From assembly GCA_001655205.1 (NCBI GenBank), contig LPNZ01011044.1, positions 1 to 60,221 of the forward strand: a stretch of 60,221 bases of DNA, read 5' to 3'. Below are positions 1 to 12,300 of this stretch, in pieces; positions within the stretch are counted from its first letter, which is position 1; every line of letters starts with the position of its first letter. The notes under the pieces are model-generated. The model searched no databases and was not told the origin of the DNA. It saw only the letters and a program-made list of their open reading frames with translations. Made by a program: the position numbers and the translations under genes. Origin of the DNA: Lenisia limosa (taxonomy: Eukaryota > Protista > Breviatea).

Positions 1-25
1 GTGTGTGTATGGAGGGGGGTGGGGG

Positions 26-1517
26 TTAAGTGCCTTTGGGTGTGATTTCGCCACAATGCATCACAATCCAGGGATGCTTGAGAACTTCCAAAAGAGGCAA
101 ACGTTTTGAAGGGTCATGAACAAGGAGCTAATAGATAAGTGAAAAACAACCTCTCTTACTTTGTTAATCAGGTCAACAGCAAGATCGCTAAAATGAGGAG
201 GGCAGATTACTTGGACATCTCGAATTAGCTTGTAGGTCTTTTTATCTGTCTCCGCTTCGAATGGCGGTCTTCCACTTAAGAACTCATACATTAGTACTCC
301 AAGTGACCTGCAAGGTGATGATGTACAAAATGGAGTATGGCAGAGGAGCTGAAGCTATCACCAAAACGTGAATGAAATTCTTCCTATCTCTATATTAACT
401 TATATATCAAAATGGTTTTGAATTCGCTGATAAAGCAGAATCGTTGGGCAACCAGAATCAATTCACAACAAGCCATAACTCTATGCAACAAACCAAATAT
501 CAACACCATGGTCATATTCTTGTCCTTCAACCATTTCTGGCGAGAGGTAGTCTAAAGTACCACACAAAGTACTTCTTCTTGAGTGCTAAAAAGTGACATT
601 GGAGTTATTCATACTTTAATATTCCAAAAGAAAAAACGCGGTGAAAAAAAACAACAAAAAAAAACAATCCCTATACCCACTGAATGAACACTCCATCCGA
701 AGTCTGCGATTTTGAGGTCACCATTCAAGCCAAATAATAAATTTTCGGGCTTTATGTCGCGGTGAATTACGTGTTTAGTATGACAGTAGGCAAATGCATC
801 GGCAAGCTGGGCAATATACTGAAAGGAAGTGATACTTGCCAAACACAAAGATCTGAAATAAAGCACCTTGACTCACCTTCGCAGCCACATTTTCAGGATA
901 ATGACCGTGCTTCTGAAGATCTTGGTAAATATCATTCTTGGCAGCATATTCTAGAATTAGATACACTCGGGAGGCATCGTAGAAGTATCCATATAAACGG
1001 AGGATATTGGGGTGTCTGTTGAGTTAGCCAAAAAAAAACGTTAAATAACAGATTGTGAGACATTACAACATATGATAACCCTCCAACCTTAAGTGGCTTT
1101 GGATCTCAATCTCCCTTCTAAGCTGATGTTCAACTTCATTTTCTTGAAGCTGCTTTTTGAAAAGAACCTTGAGCGCAACGATGAACTTGCTCTTCTTTTC
1201 ACGAGCAAGATAGACACGACCAAATTTTCCTTTTCCAAGAGGCTTTCCAATATCAAAGTCACTCAATTGCCATTTTTGGGTATTCTAAAGGAGATAAAAG
1301 AAGATAGAGAGTCAGTGCAGTCCTACAAACAAACCTTTTTATCAACTGATGAAGACTGTGAAACGCGCATTGGCCCCTGACTGAACTGTGTTTTCATCTA
1401 AAAATAAAGTAGTTATATTACAAGCACAGAAAAGCGTAAAACATGCTTCACATCCCAACTTACAAGAGGTTTTGCGATTGTGGAGGGATCTGGTGGAGCT
1501 ATATTAGGCTGCTGCAT
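26..1517 (-). CDS. Aurora-family Ser/Thr kinase (multi-exon)
   Basis: Spliced translation: [50 protein letters not shown] / [13 protein letters not shown] / [10 protein letters not shown] / [10 protein letters not shown] / [16 protein letters not shown] / GRPPFE / LKHPWI. Stop TAA at 26-28. Start is either ATG 1517 (MQQPNIAPP, spliced) or ATG 1397. Confidence 0.95.
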
Positions 1518-1871
1518 ATTTTCAGAATAATTTGACATATATGTACAATGATTCAGACGTCTTACATGCTCTAAACACGCTGTTTTTCAAAATTTCACAT
1601 TTATATAAGAAAAACATAGGTGGTACAGCGGAAAGATTACCAATGCATTCTTCAGGCAAGAAGCAGGTTGTTGAGTGTGGTCTGATTGTGGTTGAGTGTG
1701 GGTTGAGTTGTTGTTGTCAGTGTTGTTTATCAAAATATAGTTTGTGTGTTGTGAAGTTTAGTGTCCAGCGGTGATGTAAGTTGTAGCTAACCGTCCACCC
1801 CCTCCTCTGGAAATTACAAACAAATACGTTAATTCAAGATATCAGGAGGAGATTTACCCTCTTAACTCAAG

Positions 1872-4800
1872 ATGGTCCTACTTTCCAAACGACCTGTAAC
1901 TGCCCCTGTGAGGTCAGCCCCACCTAAGCGTATCGTGCAGAATGCGGACAATGTCATGGTTGCTGTTAGGTTGGTTATTTTATAAGGCATATCAAGGAAG
2001 GCAATCTGTTTGTAAGACTCACCTCCCCCAGGGTTCGACCGTTTTCTGCAAAAGAAATGATTGACCCTCGTTGGTGCAATGTCATCCATGTATGTGGTTT
2101 GGTGTTTGTCAAACTTGTATATATTCAATGAGTTCATTCTCTAGCCTGTTAATGATAAGCTACTGATTTTCGACCCTGACCACGGACAAGCTGCACTCGG
2201 TAAGACTTTAAAAAATTTCGTTCATCTTCAAAGGAATGGATCTGAGACCTGGAGTACCTGCTCACGCAAGGAAACCTAAAGACGCCACGTATGTTTAGAA
2301 CACTATTTTGACTGGGTATAGGTTTTCTTTCGACAGCGTTTTTGATGAAAAATCAACTCAGGTCTGTGGGAACGGTCCCCCCCCCCCCCCNNNNNNNNNN
2401 NNNNNNNNNNNNNNNNNNNNNNNNNNNNNNNNNNNNNNNNNNNNNNNNNNNNNNNNNNNNNNNNNNNNNNNNNNNNNNNNNNNNNGGTGATGAAAGGCGG
2501 AAACTGCACGGTTTTTGCTTACGGAGCAACAGGTAATTTGAGTTTATTGTTAGTTTTAGCAACCCGCTCCTTCGAATTCATCTTCTCTTATTTTTAGGTG
2601 CTGGTAAAACGCATACAATGATGGGAACCTCGGATGATCCAGGCGTGATGTACCGGACAATGGAAGAACTGTTTCACAAGATTGACGTTTGTCCAGCATG
2701 CTGCTTTAATACTGATTGTATTAGGAGGAATCCCAAATTCGCCAATTTCGAGTTGATCTTTCTTATATTGAAGTATACAATGAAAATATCAGAGATTTAT
2801 TGACCGAAGGAGTTCAAGGTTTGCAATACCATGAATGACCGTTTAGGACACAATCCATCGAAAAACTTCAAAGGCCTTCCTCTTAGGCAGAGTGCTGGAA
2901 AAGGTGTCGTGGTTGCTGGTGTCAAAATATACCACCCCACTACTCCCCAACAGGTAGGATTCTGGTGATTTCAAACCATTGATGAACTTAACCATTATTC
3001 AATCTCAAAAACACTTATCATCTGCACTCCCTCGAGATACAGCTAATCTTTCAGGTTATGCACCTCCTCCAACTTGGTAACATGAACCGAAGCATGGCCG
3101 GTACTGAAGCCAACAAAACGTCATCAAGGTCGCATGCGGTACTCCAGGTAAGCTGCTAACATTAATATCTCTTATGAAAGAATAATGTCGGCATCGAAAC
3201 TGTCACCAGTAGTAAATGTAATATGATGTACACACGGACATGAAGCCTTACAGTATTCAGGTTATTGTTGAAAGTCGCGAGCTGAATGGAGTGTCGAACA
3301 AAGTTCAAAGAGGCAAGATATCGCTTATCGATCTTGCAGGATCAGAAAGAGCATCAGCCACACAGGTATGGCCTTTTAAATGGATGAAGGTTAACACGGG
3401 CAGAACAGAGGGGACAGGCTCCAGGAGGGGGCAAATATCAACAAATCTCTTCTCGCACTTGGTGGGTGGGACCAAACAGTTTGGTTCGGTATCAAATGTC
3501 CAGCAAAAGCCCCCAACATGTCGAGTGTATCTCAACTTGAAATGAATATAGTTTAAGGATTATTTTTCAGGTAACTGTATTAATGCCCTTGCTGACTCGT
3601 CATCAAGAGCATCACATGTACCTTATCGAAACTCAAAGCTCACAAGGCTACTCCAGGTTGGGGAGGGGGGTGCACAAACAACATTCATGCTTTCACCCTC
3701 AACAATCAATGATACTTAATAAAGTGGCTTATTTGCTTAGGATTCGCTGGGGGGTAACTGTCGTACAATTATGATTGCTAACGTTTCCCCTTCGTCAATG
3801 TCTTATGAAGATTGTCACAACACTCTTAAGGTTGGACTGGTCAAAGTTCATGGAATGTTTACCGCTTTTAGTATGCAAACAGAGCAAAGAATATTAAAAC
3901 CAAGCAAAATGTTCATCAAGAGAGTTCTGATGTTCATATGGCGGAATATCAACAAAGAATTGTAGAATTACAGGTAGGAGTACTTGTAGAACCTTGTTTA
4001 CATTTAGGCTCAAGTGGAAACGCTAAAAGCGTCCCTTCTTTCCAGGCAGAGTAAGCTTTTTCGAAGCTATTTTCAAAGCACTACTTTTTTTAAAGGGTTA
4101 ATTGTGGTATAAATGTGATTTGTGAACTCTTATATTTGTAGATGCAGCGCCCTCCTCAGTTTCTCTTGATGCTGAATCGGAAAAGGCCAGTGTGATGAAG
4201 GTAGCGAATATTTAGCATTGAGTCACTTCCAAGGGACAAGTTGAGGCGCAGGCAACCAAGTTATTGGCTGCAAAGAGCACATACCTTGACCAAGAAGATA
4301 CATGTAGACGGTTTGCTTTTTTTGCCAGCTTACAGGGTAGAGCCGATTATGAAAGAGAATGGAGACAAGATGCCCTATCCGCATGGGAGTCCCGACCCTC
4401 AGTTGCCGGGTCAGCAGAACCCCTCCCGATCACAACAATCAGACACGAGCTGGATCATTACCTTGAAGTGGCGCACAAAGCAAGATCAGCTCAGGTATGA
4501 CATAGCTCCTTGTTCCGGTATCCCTTAAATAGTTTGTTTTCTTGCTCTAAAAACGGCTGGTCACAGTTTTAGGTTGCGCTACAGGCAGAAGTCGACAGAG
4601 AGTTGGACGTCTTGAATATCATGCAGTCTGAAGTGCGTTTGTTTTCAACTTGTTTTACTCTGGGGTGTTCATTCAACTACTCTCTGTGTATTCCCGTAAC
4701 AATGTTTATGTATTTAGGTCAGCAATCATCTACATCATCCGCTACTTCGAGATCTTATTGACAGTATTATCATTGGAGCCAAGAGAATGGCGGATCTTAT

Positions 4801-6238
4801 TGAGAGCGACAGAGCTGCTGCCATCAGTCAGAGTGTTGCGGGTACTCTCATGAGACAGGTTGGTTATTGATGAAGATGAGGATCTAAGAAGTACAAAATA
4901 AGTTGGACCATGTCCGAACTATCACATCTATTAAGGATAACTCGCAGCATACATATGGGTTGAATAGCTAATCTCTTAGTTGAAGCACGCGCACCGAGTA
5001 GCATTTGGTGCTGATGAAACGGCTAGAGTAAGTCTTAGCCACATTTTCTAATTCTTCATAGGTTGTGGATGCCAAAGAAATGCCCAAGACCTCCTGGGGT
5101 AGGAAATCTCCGAACCAGTCCTATTTATTGATTTAGATGAAGAATTGCCTTCAACCCCTGATGCCAAAACTCCCAAGAGAATGACATATGCCCAGGTAAA
5201 ACATTGACTGTTTCTCATTTCTGAAGAGGTCCGCCCAGGCCAAGAAAGTGATGCTCAGTGTGAAGAAAACGCCAACAAGGTCGAGTCGCCGAAAGTTCCT
5301 CCAGATGCTCCAGAGCCCTGGCGGACAGGTAATCCAGAAATGCTATTTACTTTTTGTAGAATGACCCCATGATGGCCGAGGCGGAGTCTGAGATTTCACA
5401 GCTTAAGAAGAGGGTAAGCTGAAGTTGTGGTCTCACTGTATAGCCAATTGGTACCGCATCTGCTCGTCTTGAGTCTCGGGGAACTATTCTGCCAAATGTC
5501 ACTCCAATGGGTTGGTCAGTGCGTTATTTTTTCTGTGTGTGAAACCAAACCCGAATAGATAGTTATATTTCAGGAACACGGCGTGGTAAGAAGCCGTCAC
5601 CTCCGAGCCAGCCTCGAACGTTATCTTCCCGTCGAGGAAGGCGCTCAGCTGACAGTAGGTTATTACGCAAAATAAGAGGCTATTTCTTTTTTAGAGCGGA
5701 AGTAACCCATATTTTCTTAATTTTGTTTAGAAACACCGACTCTTCCCGCCCTCCCAGAAGCTTTGTAAGAGGGTGCTTTGCTTATAATAGTTTTAATATT
5801 ACTTACAATTGAACAATTTATGATGAATTATTTACTATCCAGCGCCACCCCATCCTTTTCGCGCCCCCTATCAGCTCCTGGAATGTAGGGCCAACTCCAT
5901 TTGTGTCATCTATACAGGATCATGATTCTACTTCTCAAGAGAATACTTTTTGCCCTATTCATACTGCAGGCCTGATTCTGTTGCCCTATTCATACTGCAG
6001 GCCTGATTCTGTTGCCCTATTTATACTGCAGGCCTGATTCTTCGTTGCCGCATGGTCCTGAAGTGGTCAGAAGACGCACCCGATCGAGTAACGACTTCAA
6101 TAACTCCAAATTACCAAGGTTAGCACCTGGCCTGGCGTTTTATTTAAACGAAGAGAGGTTTTCTTATGGTATAGGCGGTCAATGTCTGCAAGTCAACTTG
6201 GAACCATGGATGTAGAAGACGAGCTGGATGAATATTAG
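1872..6238 (+). CDS. Kinesin-8 family motor (KIF18/KIF19/Kip3-like)
   Basis: [133 protein letters not shown]. The tail is low-complexity. The preferred end is TAG 6236-6238 (..DVEDELDEY*); an unspliced alternative ends at TAA 5766-5768. One exon region is interrupted by an N gap. Confidence 0.9.
5950..6041. repeat. 31-bp tandem repeat x3 (TTGCCCTATTCATACTGCAGGCCTGATTCTG), probably in a late kinesin intron
   Basis: Copies at 5950-5980, 5981-6011 and 6012-6041; the third has one substitution and a truncated end. Confidence 0.9.
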
Positions 6239-6396
6239 ACCCCCCCAAACACACACACTACCCCTCTTAGTTGTACAATATATTTGCATTTATTTCCCTG
6301 TTGCTTGTACAAAGGTTCCAATTAAATAATACAAATCAAAATACCAAACATAACCCTAACATAAAGAAGCTAATATAGAAGAAGAGAATACCATGA

Positions 6397-9300
6397 CTAG
6401 GTGATAGACGCTCTGTCGGCGCCTCTCGGCTCCCGTTTGAGAGCGAGCTGATACAAGGCCGTGGAGGACATGCGATCCTCGAGATCCAATCCCAGGGCTG
6501 AACGGTCCTCCTATCCAGTCAAATCTTCACTGGTCCGAAAACAGAGTTGATACGGAAGAAATCAAGATTCTATATTTATTTTGAAAATCTTTCACAAATT
6601 GAAGACAGGGCACGAGATCGAAGTACAAACCGTGATTGACGTAGAGGGAGACACGGACATCATTGATGAGCGTTGTTGGAAGTGAACAATCTAAAAAGTA
6701 GGTTTTCTCAACTTGCTCCTTCTTTACCTTTGAAATGGCTTCATGTACGAACTTGCATCTCGAGAAGTTATGCAAAGAATTGACGCGTCTATATAATCAG
6801 CAAAAGAGTTACGGCAGCATACTTTGGGTTTCCCTCATCAATAAATGTCAAATCTGCCAGGACAACACCAAGGTAAGGGACAATGGCACCATCTAAATTA
6901 TGAGATAGAATCAGCAATACAGTAACAATTAGTGCAGCTTTCCTACTGCTCTTGCTGATAGCCTCTCGATAGCGCTTATAAGACGACCTGAGTGTCAGAA
7001 ATTTCAACAAGAACGATTGTCATACCTTGGGCTCAACAGATCTTCGTATTCATCACGTTGCTCAATAGTCTTCCGCGAACATTCGGCAACAGAGTGCTGC
7101 AATAGTGAAAAAGCGACTGGGGAAAAACATGAAAAAGTGTTGATCAAACATAAATCAACTTCTACTCATTAAAAACCCTTGCCAACCTTCAGTCTAAGTA
7201 CACCAGCATCATTGAGACCACAGTAAATAGCCATGAGACTAAAGAGTCATCTTTCCTGAAAGTAGACAAACCTCGAGTAGTTACCAAGCTGATGGAGAGA
7301 CTTCATCATTCGAACAAAGAGCTCAATCATATACGCTCGTTCACGCACTCCCTCAGGCTAAACAGTGAAAGCTGCTCTATATTCTGTTTTGTTTTTATAT
7401 TCTTTGATTATCCTGAATATATTTTCTTACTCTCACGTACCTTGATGACACTATGGACAACCCATTCAGAGACGGAGTTGAAATGCTGAATAAACGATCT
7501 CAATCTTGGACACGTCTGTTCCAGGCTCTTCTTTGCCCAAGCCTTAAAAAATGAAAGCCACTCTCAGCATCAAGATCACGGGTACACAAAATAGCACCAC
7601 AAATTACGGGGTACTCACTTGGTCGAGGAACTCATCAGGATTGATAGCCAGGAAAAAGGCAAGATCGATGGAAGTCAAGCGGCGTGCCACCTCATCGGAA
7701 CTCTCGGTGAAGAAAAAGAACTTGCCGACGGGCGCTCGACTCTTCCGCCTCCCCATGTCCTGGTGGGTTATTCGTGTCCTTATACTGCTGTCATAGATAA
7801 TCCATATTTGATTTGGATTATCCATTTGCAGTAAAGGTTTGTATGGAAAACATAAGAGACTCAAGGGCACGCCATCAGACCATGAGCGGCCCTGATGAAC
7901 CGCGAATGGTGCTACTTGTGTCCACAGCCTTGGTGCCTAGGGCGGTACTAAGGAGCTTGGGGTCGAATGTGGTTGAAAGCGTGCGCTTGCCTAAAGTCAT
8001 CAGACAACATTCAATCCGTGCATTACCGAATGTTTTGTTGACTTTCTTCTTTTTGGAGAATTCAGGTTGTTGTGCTTGAGGGAGATTCGAATCTGTTCGA
8101 CTTCCGATTCGCTAAAAAGTTACTTTCAAAGCACTCTGGCAAATGACATAATAGCAACCCAGCAAACCTGAAACGCAAGACAGGCCTCAAAGTAGAAAAG
8201 CTCTTCTATATGGGGTGAGATGTGCTTTAATTAATTCTGCTATCTACCTTTTTCTTTTGGTCTAAATGAAACCGGTTTTTTGTTTTCGTCCCTAAAGACA
8301 AGAACCTCTGCGTCACTTTTGGACTAGAAGAAATGAGCTACAAAGCCATTTATCTTACATCTTTGATTTTTTCAATGAGCACTGAAGCATTGATCTCCAA
8401 TACCATATCAGGAGACTTCTTAATGTCCTTCTTATAGAGCATCAAAGTTGCTTCCTAAACAAGTCACAAAACAACTCGTGCCATACATTTCCACTGTTTT
8501 GTTCCATAAGTAGGCGCTTCATTTCGGCGTTTGGCCCACGTCCACGCGTCCGTCTTCGAGGAGCCGCATCCGATGGTGACATCTGGGGGAGGAGGTTAAC
8601 TCTTCCTTGAGACCATAGTATTGATGGATTGGTACATAATGTGCGCAGAAAGTAAATATTGAATGCTATAGTGGCTAGAACTGCCCACATCTTGCAATCT
8701 TGAAGGAGCAGATACAATCAGACGCGCATAGTAAGGCTGCATTTTTTTACTTCCAACCTAAACGATTATTCCTTGAGAACAGAATATAGCCACAGCTCTC
8801 CATAGCAGTCCCCAGCCAACAGCGACGTCACACCACAGGTCTATCATTGAAGGTGGGTCGGTGACTCGACGGTAGATGAAAGTCAGATCCCAATGCTTGC
8901 TCTCATTTTTGAGTGTGAAGATGCAGTCATCAGGATTGGCGAGGGTTTGGATCCCATACCGTCCGGCAACGAACAACGCATTTGAAGCTGAGTCTAAAGA
9001 GTTAAGCATGAAGAAACAGAACAAACCAGAAATGGAGAGAACAAGTTTTTCTTCGAGAATCTGCGTTACTTCCCTGACTGTGGTGGTAGTTCGGAAGGGG
9101 AGAGCCTAAATGTTAGAACGACAGCAACCCTTTATATCTTACTTTGAAGCCTCTGTAGTTGTGCTGGGGAGTATCAACCCACACCCTAATGAACATGTTG
9201 AGCTTCCTAAACGACAAGGATACGGACACTGAGAGTTCCAAAGACTCCAAGGCCTGAACGGTGACGAAAGACACGTGTGTCATTTCAGAAAAAAAAAAGG

Positions 9301-12300
9301 ACTATACAATACATCCTCTGTTCATTTCGACACTACAAGGGAGACGCCATTTTTTGTGAACACACCTCTTCAGCCCGGGTCATTTCGCCTGTCTCGGCTA
9401 CTTCCATTTCGGCAAGCACCAGCTCATCACTTTGCATCAATCGTTCTTCTCCAGTCCTACTCAGTTACACTATTCTTGCCCAGTCCATTTCAAAATAGCA
9501 ATTCACATACGATGTTGTGAGGTAGAGGCGGTATTTTTCAACTTGGTCGGGAGGAATGTTTGCTTTTTCGGCCAGAACATCGATCACTTCAGAAACCTGA
9601 ACTGTCATAATTCTGTCTTTTGAATGCAACTATTGACACAAAAAGAAAACAAGGAAGCAAACGAGCCTCACCAGCATTGTTCCGTTGATGGCGACNNNNN
9701 NNNNNNNNNNNNNNNNNNNNNNNNNNNNNNNNNNNNNNNNNNNNNNNNNNNNNNNNNNNNNNNNNNNNNNAGAAGAATCAGAGACAGCACTTACCAAGGT
9801 CACTAGATTGGCCGAGAAGGAGCGGTGGCGAAGCCATTTGAGCCATGACCTGCACGTGCCGGCAATGTGTGGCTATGTCCTTGAACTAATTCGTGAATTG
9901 CTGGTTTAAAAGAGCTTTCCCAAAAATCATATTCCTCTATCATAGTCAACCAATATTGCTTTTGTAAAACAACGCACCTCTTTTGCCCAGTGTGCGCAAT
10001 CGGGTATGGCGGCGACGNNNNNNNNNNNNNNNNNNNNNNNNNNNNNNNNNNNNNNNNNNNNNNNNNNNNNNNNNNNNNNNNNNNNNNNNNNNNNNNNNNN
10101 NNNNNNNNNNNNNNNNNNNNNNNNNNNNNNNNNNNNNNNNNNNNNNNNNNNNNTACAGGATTGTCGATCGGGTGGCTCGGTAGGAAGTGGTGGAATCTAA
10201 AAATAAGAAACAATCGAGTAGCCATACACACGCACCTATGTGATAACCAGTGCTTGAGAAGTTCAAACACATTGGCCCGGATAAACCAGCGTTGCTTGAG
10301 GTTGAGGTTCGTCTACAACCGTGAAATCGTTGTCTTTGGTCGATGGAGCAGTAGTCTCTTTTGCTCACATCTTCGGGAATATGGAATCGTTGTATGAGCT
10401 TCTCCATGACTTTACATGGCTCTGCAATCAGAGGCAGAGTTACAACAAATTGGTCTCTACATTGTTAAGCAAGGTAATGGTTTTCTGAATCCCCCCCCCC
10501 CCCNNNNNNNNNNNNNNNNNNNNNNNNNNNNNNNNNNNNNNNNNNNNNNNNNNNNNNNNNNNNNNNNNNNNNNNNNNNNNNNNNNACGATTAGCGCATTT
10601 AGTGAACAAGCAGCGAGACTCAATGCAACGTGTGTACCTTGAGTTATGTTATCTCAAGAAAACAAAACAATACATGTCTTATTTCACAACATAAAACCAA
10701 ACACACTTCCTTCAGCTTCGAACATCATTTGAGCACCGGTGGCCTTGGACCACAAATTCACGTCGTCAGGGTTGATAGGTGCCTCGGGGGTCGTTTCTTC
10801 CTTCTTTGCGTCCTTGACATCTTCTTCCGCAGTTTCAGTCAAATCCTCTGCTGGGACTTCGTTCATGGTTTTGTGCAGGTCTTGTTGCTCAAGGCGACTA
10901 GAACGTGACAAACATCGCATCCCCTACTCTTCAAGTTCTTCCTCGTCAAGAAGGCGGACATCCTCAGCATTTCCAGCCTCAATGGCCTGGGCATCGAGGG
11001 TCTAAAGAGATCAGTTGGACTCGGGTCGAACCTGTCGTTGTCTGAGAGGGGCTGGCGAGGGGGGAAGGGATACCGAGGGCGTCGGAGATGACGGTCGCGA
11101 CATGTCCATCAGAGGAATACCAGTTTGTGAGATCATAATGTCGATAATTTGAATCAGCTAAAACAATAATTTAACATACAAAAGAGGACATACCTTCCGA
11201 GCAGCGGTGATGAGAGCATTTGGGTTGTTTCCAGCAATGACAGCATTGGTTGCTGAAACCAAAATGCCGTTTTGGTGGTTGAGAAGATTGAGAATGCTGA
11301 ATGGTTAGGATAACCTCTGGATAAGGTTATATGATGCTCAAATATCGAAAAATTCAGACGTCACAGTAGTAGAATGTAACACTCAATTTGTTCTGTAGCC
11401 CCAAAGCCGCTGCATACCTATCAGGTAAGGCACCAAGAGTGTCTAAACGAGCTTGGATACAAGTTTGCACCGCCTGAGTCCACCTAGAGAACAATAAAAA
11501 TTGAGCAATAAAAGCCTACTCGACAACAGCAGTGGTGGCAGCATTGACAACTTCAACGGTTTGTTTGACTTGAGAAACTTTGGTAACCTGGGAGGGGGAG
11601 GGTGTTAACATGTGTTATCAGAATAAAATATAAACAATTAAGAAGATACATCTCAAAAAAGAGACACATTTCTCACTTGCAGGGTTTTAGACAGAGCTTT
11701 AACGGACAATTCTCGGGCCGCACCACTCGCAGTCGCTGGTCCGGGTCAGATGAGGGTTTCACTTGTGTAAGAAGGCACAATAACGATTTCAATTCTTTAT
11801 TGAAAATACAGCTTTGCGGACTCCAAAAGAGACATGGTTAGCAGCGTGACCTACCAGGGTCCTTTGGCCCCTCGTTTGGAAGAACAGTGTCAACAAAGGC
11901 AGGATGGAATGGAGATGCTTGGCCAGGAAGCTAAAAATGTCACTCCTGCCATCAATAATGTTGACTTACCAAGTTTTTCATTGCAGTACAAATGACGGGG
12001 ATGATCTCCTGGAACAGATGAGAAAACGAGTACATTATATTTTGATATGGTTGTATATCTATGTTTCCCTTGATTATATTTAATGTATTTTGTTGTTCTC
12101 AAAAAGAGAAGAAAAGTCATACCTGCGCGACATCTGCTGGCTTTTTACCGGTTATAGGGCTGCCCGCGGGTGCAGCTGTAACAAGGTTTGTTGCAGTGAC
12201 CAGCTCTTCTAAGGGACATTAGCACAATGTGGGCAAGGAGAAAGAGAAATGGAGCCCTTTTCCTTCCCTCACCCGTCAGTGAATTGATTTTGGAAACCAG

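Noticed and set aside
5920-5985. Possible intronic C/D-box snoRNA (ATGATT..CTGA); similar hints in CEBPZ (26180-26410) and Rpn6 (16370) introns
   Set aside because: C boxes are imperfect or lack a paired D box, the CTGA overlaps the tandem repeat or branch point, and I recognised no rRNA-complementary guide.
5950-6041. 31-bp repeats as a CRISPR-like array
   Set aside because: The units are directly adjacent with no spacers, there are no cas genes, and the context is a eukaryotic intron.
6349-6360. TAACCCTAAC telomere-like motif
   Set aside because: Fewer than two full units, in an ordinary convergent intergenic spacer.
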